Assembly: GCF_009914755.1 (NCBI RefSeq) | Contig: NC_060927.1 | DNA from: the human T2T-CHM13v2.0 reference genome, Homo sapiens | Strand: one strand, 5' to 3' | DNA: 64,000 bases | Shown: positions 1 to 15,390 of the stretch, in pieces | How the letters are laid out: each line of letters opens with the position of its first letter | Numbering within the stretch: position 1 is the first letter of the stretch | The notes under the pieces: generated by a model | Database searches by the model: none | The model's input: only the letters and a program-made list of their open reading frames with translations | What the model was told of the DNA's origin: nothing | Program-made: the position numbers and the translations under genes

Positions 1-1328
1 TGAGATGCACTGCTTCAGCATCATGGTTACTCCGGACCCCAGCACCCCAAGCCGCCTCGCCTGCCATGTCATGCACCTTTCGTCCCACCGGCTAGATGAG
101 TATTGGGACCGGCAACGCAATCGGCATCGGATGGTTAAGGTAGACCCAGAGACCAGGTAATATATGCTCCTGGGCAGGGTGTGGTATGGGTCATGCAGAT
201 GCTCCCAGGCTTGCAGGCTCCACCTGACAGCTGCATGTTGTCTCTGCAGGTACATGTCCCTTGCTGTGTGTGAACTTGACCAGCCCGGCCTTGGCCCCCT
301 TGTGGCTGCAGCCTGTAGTGATGGGGCCGTAAGGTGAGAGCATAGGGCCCAGTGGGACAGGAGACAAAGGAAGTAAGGTTGTCTAGGATGCGTTCTGAGC
401 TGGGCCACCCCCCGCCCCCCAGGCTCTTTCTTTTGCAGGATTCTGGGCGGATTCTGCAGCTCCTTGCTGAAACCTTCCACCATAAGCGATGTGTCCTCAA
501 GGTCCACTCCTTTACACACGAGGCACCCAACCAGAGGCGGTGAGAGGGGCTGGATGATGGTCCTGCATGGGCTGGGTTGGGGGGTTCCTGTTGAGCTTCA
601 TCTCTGTTATTGACCAGGCTGTCTTTTCCTGGCTCTCAGGAGGCTCCTCCTGTGCAGCGCAGCTACTGATGGCAGCCTGGCTTTCTGGGATCTCACCACC
701 ATGCTAGACCATGACTCCACTGTCCTGGAGCCTCCAGTGGATCCTGGGCTTCCCTACCGTGAGTAGCTAATGTGCAACCATGGCTACCCCTCCTCACCTG
801 TCACATAGCCCTCACACATGTGGCAGGCGGGGCCCTGACAACTACCCTCTTCCTCTTCCTTCAGGGCTTGGCACCCCCTCCCTGACTCTCCAGGCCCACA
901 GCTGTGGTATCAACAGCCTGCACACCTTGCCCACCCGTGAGGGCCACCATCTCGTGGCCAGTGGCAGTGAAGATGGATCCCTCCATGTCTTCGTGCTTGC
1001 TGTGGAGATGCTACAGCTAGAAGAGGCTGTGGGAGAGGCTGGGCTGGTACCCCAGCTGCGTGTGCTAGAGGAATACTCTGTCCCCTGTGCACATGCTGCC
1101 CATGTGACAGGCCTCAAGATCCTAAGCCCAAGCATCATGGTCTCAGCCTCCATTGATCAACGGCTGACCTTCTGGCGTCTGGGGCATGGTGAACCCACCT
1201 TCATGAATAGCACTGTGTTCCATGTGCCTGATGTGGCTGACATGGACTGCTGGCCTGTGAGCCCTGAGTTTGGCCACCGTTGTGCCCTTGGGGGTCAGGG
1301 GCTTGAGGTTTACAACTGGTATGACTGA
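1..1328 (+). CDS. WDR6: WD repeat-containing protein 6, 3' part (last five coding exons; 5' end lies outside the window)
   Basis: Exons <1-156, 250-333, 423-539, 640-758 and 865-1328 are all GT-AG flanked and join in frame: ...EMHCFSIMVTPDPSTPSRLACHVMHLSSHRLDEYWDRQRNRHRMVKVDPETR/YMSLAVCELDQ.../LFLLQDSGRILQLLAETFHHKRCVLKV.../RLLLCSAATDGSLAFWDLT.../LGTPSLTLQAHSCGINSLH...HAAHVTGLK...SASIDQRLTFW...EVYNWYD*. WD-repeat motifs are visible and I recognise the C-terminus. Confidence 0.95.
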
Positions 1329-1547
1329 GGTATCCTGCGGTGGCTGGCGTGCTGGGCATGGGGCCTGCTCACAGACAGCATGGAGCAGGGAAGGGCTGTC
1401 TGTGCCCATGCTCAGCATGCCTTGAGGGGAGGAGGTGGTGGCCGTGGGTTCCTGATGTCGGTGCAGGAGCTGAAGGTGAGTGGAGTGCTGCCAAGAATAT
1501 GCCCGACTCCCCATGACAAGACAGAACTTTGTAACAAACAGTACCAA

Positions 1548-1553
1548 TTTATT
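1548..1553 (-). terminator. Likely DALRD3 polyadenylation signal (AATAAA on minus)
   Basis: TTTATT on +, about 75 nt beyond the DALRD3 TAA at 1628. Confidence 0.75.
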
Positions 1554-1627
1554 TTGGCCGTGGGTTTTTGCTTTTTTTCCAGTTGATGACTTTGTGAACA
1601 TTCCCAGGTATTGGAGCCTCTGTGGCC

Positions 1628-4604
1628 TTAAATGTGGCTCAGTGGAGGGAGACCCAGCATAGCCAGGCCAGTATGGAGCACCTCACGCACAGCTCTCAGA
1701 AGCTGCAGGCGGACGAACATCTGACCAAAGAGGTGTGGTCGAGGCTCCTGAAAGAGAAAGGGCCTGCTGGTCTCATCCTCTGCTTCCTTTGCCTTTACCC
1801 TATACCTCTCTGCACGTCCCACCCCGTTTTGCTGTGTGCTCACCCCCAGGATGTGTACCCGGTTGTAGTAGGAGCTGAAATCCATGCTGAGCTGTACCAG
1901 GAACTTGCATATCTAGAGACAGAGACTGAGTCACTGGCCCATCTCTTTGCTCTTGTGCCCCAGGCCAGAATAAAGAATAGAGTGTAGAGTGTCCTGGTTG
2001 TCTATGCCTCACCATCTCTGTGCGTACAGCAATGTGGAGCCCCGGGGCTGTGCAGTCCAGCACTGCTGTCCGGCTCAGCAGATCCGGAAAGGGGAGGATA
2101 CTGTTGAAGAGCAACAACCACTCACCCTGTTGGGGAGAAAGGTGCTGGGAGGGGAAGTCCAGGCCTCCTTGTGCCAGCTACCAGGAGGGACACTCACCTC
2201 ATCATGTAGCAGTGAGAAGTCCAGACTGCTCACAGGAGGAAAAGTGGGGTACAGACCTTGTTCCATACTACACTTGTAACTCTCAAAGAGTGTGGCAAGA
2301 CGGGCACAATTATACATGACAAAGGTGCCACTCTTTGTGCCCTTCGTGGAGATACTGCTGTCAGCCAGAGCCAGGAAGAGCTGGGGAATAGAAGCACAGC
2401 TGCAGAGAGAGAAGGCAGCCACCACACCCTGTGCCCCAACACTGGCCCTGTCAGGCTCCCAGGCTCACCTGACTCTGTGGGGCTGTGCTCAGCATCTCAA
2501 ACTTGATGGTGGCCACAGAGAGAACACCAAAGATCTCTGTCCAGGCTGGGTCTGAGGGAGTATAGGGTTGGTCAGTCAGTCTGCAGGCAAGGGCAGGGAT
2601 GCAAAAAACCTGCCCCTAACCCAGAACATAGCCAGGGTTTCCCAGGCACACCTTGTGCCAGATCCCCACCATGCTTCAGTGCTGAGGCCTTGCACACCTG
2701 GGTATGCCGGAACCTGTGTTTGGAAGAGAGGAAGGCCAGTGGGCAGGGTCCTGGGTAAAGAGTCCCCCCTCATTACCCTGGCTTAGGTTGGTGTTCCTCC
2801 CAGCCTCACTCACTCGTAGTACTCAGGGGCAGTCATCAGAGTGCCAGGTGCACCAGCTACTTTCACAGGGCCACAGATGAGGTGCTTCTGTCAGAAAGAT
2901 GTCAGGGGCTCAGCCTAGTTGGCGCTACTCTCCAGGAAGTCCCTTGAGGAGCCCAAATCTGGTGCCTCTACTCAGCCCAGACTCCCTCAAATTGGAACTG
3001 CCAGGTTGAGTGCCTCCGTCTACCCAGCCACTCAGGCTACGCATGGTTCATCCTTCTCAACCTGGTCTTCAGTGTTCTTGGGATGTGTCTACAGACCCCC
3101 CTTCCCCAGAGCCTCTGCACCTGCTGTACATGCCCTCTCAAGTCCAGCAACTCCCCCAAGGTCAAGTGTTGGTTTCTGTCAGCTAACAAGCCCCTCGGTG
3201 GGTTTTCAAGGGCCCTCTGAGGTTGGGGGTTAGGTGGTGGGGAGCTCCACCATCATTATTAACCTACCTGTCTGAGTGGAGCCTTGTCAACCAACTTCCG
3301 CCAAAGCAGGTCCAACTTCTGTTGCTGGAACTCCTCCTCACAGCTAACAACATGTACAACCAGGCAGCCGCCTGTACCAGTATCTGAGGCCCCAGCCTAA
3401 GGGAGGACAATCATAACTGTGGAAGTACAGTATACTTGGTTTGGGAGAACCTACAGGGCTGGGAGTCACTAACCAGGCCTGGGTGGCTGTCCTCGGGCCA
3501 ATGCCATAGAGCCTCTTGCAGCTCAGCCAGCACAGAGAGGAGATCCTCAGTCACTGAAAAGAGAACAGACAGGTGCTGAGACTGACAAGAAGCAGAGATG
3601 TGCCCCTAACCCCCTCCTGCCTTTTCTGGCCCTGCTAGGCTTCAGGTCCTACCCAGACAGTTGTCCAGGTTGGGGTCATAGCCAGCTGTGCGGCCCTGTT
3701 CTTCCACCAGCTCCTTCAGACACAGTCTGCCTAGGATGCCAGGGGACAGTGTCCTCCCGTCATTAGCAGAGGTAAGTTCTTCAAGGGCGTGGCTCCTCAG
3801 GGTGTGGGAGGAAGCTCTCTCCGAGGCAGCGGGCCAGTCCACCCGCAGTTGCTGCAGGAAGGTCAGCATGTGCGGATCCCGCACAGCTGGCACTAGGCGC
3901 ACGCACACCCTGCGAAGGGAGGGCGGCCGCCTCAGTCTGAGCACCTGGTCCAGCTCGCCACGACTTCCCACCTCCAGCCGCAGTCCCCACGGGCGGCGCC
4001 GCTCGCTTTCTAGGTACCCGGCAGTCCCACTTTCTCCATTCCGGCCCCGCGGCCCCGCTCACCCGTGAGCGCGCAGGGCTCGCGCCAGGTGATCGGCCAC
4101 GAGCACCGTACGCAGCTGGCTCAAGCGGAGTGCGCAGGGGGAGCTGCGCAGTGCTGGGCAGTGTAGTAAGACGCGCTGGCCCAGCGAGGCAGGCGAGGCG
4201 GGCGTGGCATAGGCGGCCACGGCGCTGAGGACGCGCTCGAAGACGGCGGACCGCTGCAGTTGGAGAGACAGACCCGCGGGGGTCGGCGCGCAGCGCAGCA
4301 CCGGGGCCACACCGGGGCCCTGCAGGCAGGCGAGGGCATGGAGCAAATGCTCCGGAACCTGCGGGAGAACGGGCGTGTAAAAGAGCCACGGCACGGGGCC
4401 CATCTCCCGGCCGCACGGCCCCGCCCGGCTCACGCCCACCTGGCCGTCATCGAAGCGCGCCTGCAGCGCGCGGTGCGGTGCCAGAAAGTCTCGGGAACGC
4501 AGGTGGCGGGTGCGCGTCTCCTTGATCCACACCGGACCGCCTGGCCCCAGGGCCGCGTTGAGGGCCCCCAGCGTCTCCCCGACCCCAAGGCGCCTGGTCG
4601 CCAT
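1628..4604 (-). CDS. DALRD3: DALR anticodon-binding domain-containing protein 3 (543 aa, 12 coding exons)
   Basis: Exons 4604-4440, 4358-4063, 3909-3653, 3553-3474, 3396-3268, 2887-2814, 2713-2652, 2551-2469, 2380-2198, 2126-2013, 1912-1844 and 1747-1628 are all GT-AG and sum to 1632 nt (543 aa + stop). The protein starts [20 protein letters not shown], carries ArgRS-like DALR motifs ([13 protein letters not shown]; [12 protein letters not shown]...[21 protein letters not shown]) and ends PPLSHI*. Confidence 0.96.
1969..1974 (+). terminator. Likely WDR6 polyadenylation signal (AATAAA)
   Basis: First canonical AATAAA on + after the WDR6 stop, followed by GU-rich sequence (gtgtagagtgtcctggttgtct). 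Confidence 0.75.
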
Positions 4605-4910
4605 GGTGACCGGAAGGAGTAAGCGGAACCGGAAAAAAATTTAGGGAGGTGGAACTTCCGGAAAGGACCGACTAGCTGGGGCGGGGATGCGGCGGTGGTC
4701 CCCGTAAGTGGACAGGTGCGCCAGTGGTAGCCCTGTCGGCTGCTTTCGACCTACCGCCCCCAGCGCCCCTTCCGCGTGGTCCACCTGCACAGCCGGGCCC
4801 CGGATCTGAAATCTCGGGGCCCTCCCTGGGCCTAGGGTTCTTTCGCTGTGACCCAGGCCTTAACCAGGAAAAGGATCCTCGCGACCCGGTGGGCGCTTAG
4901 ACCGGGTACC
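3780..4910. promoter_or_regulatory. CpG island / proximal DALRD3 promoter with ETS-type CCGGAA cluster
   Basis: Dense CpG over exons 1-3 and upstream. CCGGAA occurs at 4610, 4629 and 4658, and ACTTCCGG at 4654-4661, immediately upstream of the ATG. Confidence 0.75.
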
Positions 4911-5115
4911 GTCTCTTCTCATCGAAGTCTCACATGTTTGTTTTAATAACATTTCATTTCTCCCATTTTACACATGATGAATATTCGTCACTGGAATAAG
5001 GCAGTATAACATTAAGGCCACTTTCACGACCTACTTAAAATATCTCGTTTTAAAAAGAATAGTGTTCCGCGGTTTCAGGTTATTTGCAAGCATTTTCTCG
5101 TTTGAGATATGGGTG

Positions 5116-5814
<699 letters not shown>

Positions 5815-6187
5815 CAGAATGACCAGCTTTTAATGTGACTCCTTTAACCTGGTGTGCTTTAACAACGATCCTTAAAGCTTCCTGTTTTAGGCAACAGCCA
5901 TTTACGGGCCAACCAAATAATGCGACCATAATAGAAAATAGGCCTCAGTTGGAGTATCTTGCTCCTCTACCAATAGGAAAGGTCTTTTTCTTTCTCCCAC
6001 AAAGGTTCCCAAATGTCTTCATTTCACTGTAACTTACTCACCCCCCACCCCACCCCCATTCCTTTTAATAGAGAAGCTAACTCAGTAGAGAGAGTTGGGA
6101 AATCCGGAGAGCAGGGAAACCCAGGGGCAGGAAAAGCTTGGCAAGGCCCCTTTCTGGGCCAGGGCTGAGGCCCTGCTGGGAGGCGCC

Positions 6188-6274
6188 GAAAGAGCACTGG
6201 GCGGACACGACATTCCCGATGGCTTCTCGGGTGCCCACTCAACGGGAGTGATCGTGTCATTCCAAAGCGCTTTC
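6188..6274 (-). ncRNA. MIR425: microRNA precursor mir-425 (miR-425-5p at 6239-6261)
   Basis: The minus strand reads GAAAGCGCUUUGGAAUGACACGAUCACUCCCGUUGA...AUCGGGAAUGUCGUGUCCGCCCAGUGCUCUUUC, a hairpin containing the recognised mature AAUGACACGAUCACUCCCGUUGA. Confidence 0.97.
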
Positions 6275-6657
6275 CATTCTGAAGGTGCATGACCTGGAGA
6301 CAACTGCTTAGCAGGGTTGGGAACCCTCAGTCAAACTGAGGACTTCAGATACTCTCATCCACGAAGACGGTTGGGGTGGTTTTTCCCCAGGAAGTAAGAG
6401 GGCTATCTTTAGCGAGATGCGGGCTGAGGCAGCCCTGGGGGAGTCACTACCATTGCAGCCCTACCCAGAGGTCCTGGGTCCACCCTCCCTCGCCAATCCT
6501 CCCCAGGGTTCCAGAGATGGCCACCAGCCTCGGCTCTCCCACGTCTACACCCATCACCTCCAGCCTGAGGGCGCAACTGAGAGGAACTGAGACCCAAGCA
6601 GCTCAGTAAAGTATGTCTGGGGGTCAGGGGCACCCCATCTGGGCCAGGGCGCTGCTC

Positions 6658-6749
6658 AGGCAGGAGAGCAGGGGACGAAATCCAAGCGCAGCTGGAATGC
6701 TCTGGAGACAACAGCTGCTTTTGGGATTCCGTTGCCCGCTGTCCAGCCG
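6658..6749 (-). ncRNA. MIR191: microRNA precursor mir-191 (miR-191-5p at 6712-6734)
   Basis: The minus strand reads CGGCUGGACAGCGGGCAACGGAAUCCCAAAAGCAGCUG...GCUGCGCUUGGAUUUCGUCCCC..., containing the recognised mature CAACGGAAUCCCAAAAGCAGCUG and its star arm. Confidence 0.97.
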
Positions 6750-6849
6750 TTGGCGGGGGGCGGGGGAGCTCCTGCCCCCAGGTCACTCGCCCTGGGGCCA
6801 CATCAGAACCCGCCCATCCCCAGTCCCAGGAGGAAGACCCGGGAGTAGG

Positions 6850-8600
6850 TTGTGAAACGGAGTCTAGAGGGAACAAGACGCTCACCTGGGCCACAGAACA
6901 ATAGAAGGGGAGGTGGGGGCCTCCCCTGGGACCGGGTCCCGATCCGGATTAGATCCGTGGGGCAGGATTAGCCCTGTTGGTCCCACGAAGCCTGGGCCAC
7001 TGGTGCGGTGACGGTGGTGGGGCGGGCTTCGGAATCCGTCAGGAGGGAAGCGCGCCCGTGGGGCCGGAGAGGAAGTAAACCCGCGCGTCCACCTCGGGGA
7101 CACCCCCGCGCTCGGTGGCCTTTGTCCGGTGACGCTGCCAGCGCCCGGAGCACCAGGGGCCGAAGGGGTCCACAGAGCAGCCGCGGGACCCCCGGAAACC
7201 CATTGCGACCGGCCCCAGGAGACCCACCACCAGGCTCCCACTGTGCCGAGCTTCCCGCTCGCCCGGCCCCGCGGGTAGCGAAAGCGACAATGTTCCCCTG
7301 AGGCCACGACAGAGCCGGCGTGCCGAGATGCCCAAACCCCGCGCGGGGGCCAGCGACTCTCGCGCCAGTAGGCCCTTGACTTGGATCAAGACGGGGGACG
7401 GGGGACTCCCAGGACGCGAGCAGAGTGAACGAGGACAAGGTGATGCTCCACGCGCTTCTACTTCAAGTCTGGTCCGGTTCGGCCTGGTCTGGGCCAGCCG
7501 AACAGCCACCCAAACACTATCACAGCTTGCCCTTCCGCTTGCTCTGGCTGCCTGCAGACTTGGAGCCATTTTAAGGAGAAACCACCTGGCCACGCCCCCT
7601 AGAGAACCCGAGAAGCCAATCCACGCTCGGCCACGCCCCTCTCCGCGCGCTGCGGAGAGGCCAACGGTCGCGCGGGTGACGGTTAGGGCGGGGCGTGCTT
7701 CCGCGTCTAGCCGGAGAAACTTGAGCCGGCTGCCCCGCCCACGGTGCCCGAAGCCCCAAAGGCTGGAATTAGGGGCTAGAAGTCTGGCACCCACCGCCTG
7801 GCCAGGTGTTCGGGACGCGACCAGGTGGGCGGTCGCCCCGCCCCGGGAGCGCGGCTTAATAGCTGAGAGCCCGGGGGCCAGGCCGCGGCTGCGGCCCAGG
7901 CAACGCCCTGAGGGTGGCCACGCTGCCAGGTGTTCCACTCCCCCGGGACTATGGGCAAGGGCCCGGGGCGGGGAGGGCGGCAGGTGCTGACACTGGAGCT
8001 GCGCCGGAGGTCGGGGAACTCGGCCTCCTAAGACTGAGGACACTCGCCTGCTGGGCCGGTCGAGCTGTGCGGTGCCCTCCGGGACGCAGGGGGCGCTGCA
8101 GCCACGCTGGGTCAGGCTCCGCAGGGCCCTCCCAACCCGGGGACTAACGGCGCCGGTGACGACTTCGCCGCGCGTTGGTCAGCCATGGCCACCGCTCTCG
8201 CGCTACGTAGCTTGTACCGAGCGCGACCCTCGCTGCGCTGTCCGCCCGTTGAGCTTCCCTGGTGAGCTTGGACCCCGCGCCCTCGACCATCCAGCCCCCT
8301 AGGGCCGGCGACTGCCAGCCCAGCACCTTCCGGCCTCTCGGGCTGCCCGGCCCGGCCCCGCGCCCCTGACCCTTTCCCTCCGCAGGGCCCCGCGGCGAGG
8401 GCATCGGCTCTCGCCGGCGGATGACGAGCTGTATCAGCGGACGCGCATCTCTCTGCTGCAACGCGAGGCCGCTCAGGCAATGTACATCGACAGCTACAAC
8501 AGCCGCGGCTTCATGATAAACGGAAACCGCGTGCTCGGCCCCTGCGCTCTGCTCCCGCACTCGGTGGTGCAGTGGAACGTGAGTCCTGGCCCGCAGTGTG
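6850..8600. promoter_or_regulatory. Large CpG island, bidirectional promoter for NDUFAF3 (+) and the pri-miR-191/425 / upstream DALRD3 transcript (-)
   Basis: Very high CpG density, CCAAT at 7616-7620 and GC boxes (GGGCGGGG at ~7687, CCCCGCCC at ~7733 and ~7836). It lies between divergent transcription units, with a strong minus-strand donor CAG|GTGAGC at 6886/6885 just upstream of mir-191. Confidence 0.8.
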
Positions 8601-9212
8601 GAAACTGAGGCCCAGAGTCACAGGCCCTCACCCTGCTTGGTCCCTGCAAACTTGGCTTTCCTCTGTCTCCTCCTGCAGTGGATGGAGATGGGGAGAGGCT
8701 GCGTGGATTTGTCGTATTAAATGTGCCTCCTCCCTGCACAGGTGGGATCCCACCAGGACATCACCGAAGACAGCTTTTCCCTCTTCTGGTTGCTGGAGCC
8801 CCGGATAGGTACTGGGGAAGGGGAGGGAGAACAGAGGTGTTCTGGGCCCCAGAAGGCGACCCCCACTGCAGCCTCTCAACAGAACTGTAGACTAGCCACA
8901 CCCACCCTTCCCTAGAGATCGTGGTGGTGGGGACTGGAGACCGGACCGAGAGGCTGCAGTCCCAGGTGCTTCAAGCCATGAGGCAGCGGGGCATTGCTGT
9001 GGAAGTGCAGGACACGGTGAGTCCCGGGACTGGGGCATGCTGCGGGGAGCACAGGCCTGGCGCTAGACAGGCTGATGCTGGCCTTTTCTTTGCAGCCCAA
9101 TGCCTGTGCCACCTTCAACTTCCTGTGTCATGAAGGCCGAGTAACTGGAGCTGCTCTCATCCCTCCACCAGGAGGGACTTCACTTACATCTTTGGGCCAA
9201 GCTGCTCAATGA
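8185..9212 (+). CDS. NDUFAF3: NADH:ubiquinone oxidoreductase complex assembly factor 3 (184 aa, Mth938-like domain)
   Basis: Kozak gccATGg at 8185. Exons 8185-8261, 8386-8578, 8742-8808, 8916-9016 and 9096-9212 sum to 555 nt. The protein MATALALRSLYRARPSLRCPPVELPWAPRRGHRLSPADDELYQRT...IDSYNSRGFMING...EIVVVGTG...VEVQDTPNACATFNFLCHEGRVTGAALIPP...QAAQ* has an Arg-rich, presequence-like N-terminus. Confidence 0.96.
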
Positions 9213-9546
9213 ACCGCCAGGAACTGACCTGCTGACTGCACTCTGCCAGGCTTCCCAATGCTTTCACTCTTATCTACCCTTTGGCACTTATCTTGCTTAT
9301 CAACATAATAATTTATACACTTCTCCCATTTTGTATCAGGTGTGTTGCTGGCCAGGAGCTGATGGCTCACTGGGCTCTTGGAGGGGAATGTGAAGAAACC
9401 AAGGAGTCACTTTTTCATCTAGATTACTTAGGATTCCTTGACTTTTCAGAAGTCGGGAAGCAGTATGTTTGCCTGTTGTAGACCTACTTGCTCACATGCA
9501 GATTTGAGAGGACCTCAACGGCTTTTCTCACAAAATCGCTGATTGT

Positions 9547-9998
<452 letters not shown>

Positions 9999-10381
9999 GA
10001 GAGAGATTCAAGTTAGGGAATATATATGTGTGTTGACCTGGTCCTATATGGCCAAGCTATGGGCTAGCAGGATGCCCTGTGTATGCCAGTCCCAGGGCTT
10101 GTTCTTTGACCCCTTGGGAGCCAGAGTCAGATGCTCAGTGTGAGACTGAAACCCCAAGAGCCATAGCTATAGCTATAGTCAGCTGTTTTGTGAGCAGCCT
10201 CAGGAGGAACTTTTTGGACCTGGAACTACCCGCTTCCAGGTCCATGGAGCACATTTATCTCGGGGCCTGAGGCTCCCCCTGGAAATGAGGGTGCTGTTTT
10301 TGTGTGCATCTGTGGTAGTGGCAGCTACAGAGCCCCACCTGTCTGTTGAAAGATCAGGCATCACTTTTTTCTTTCTAAACT

Positions 10382-10387
10382 TTTATT
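10382..10387 (-). terminator. IMPDH2 polyadenylation signal (AATAAA on minus)
   Basis: TTTATT on +, 36 nt past the IMPDH2 stop, implying a very short 3' UTR. Confidence 0.8.
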
Positions 10388-10422
10388 GAAAAAAAAACCG
10401 AGGAGGTGTGCTGGATCCCTTT

Positions 10423-15390
<4,968 letters not shown>

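Noticed and set aside
780-864. Intronic ATG with good Kozak context in frame with the last WDR6 exon
   Set aside because: It lies in a canonical 106-nt intron just after an in-frame stop, with no promoter evidence. The product would be an incomplete propeller fragment.
7039-8043. 334-aa minus ORF and overlapping 220-aa plus ORF (7328-7990) in the CpG island
   Set aside because: Both are low-complexity Arg/Pro/Ala/Gly sequences with no recognisable domain. Long open frames on both strands are expected in very GC-rich promoter DNA.
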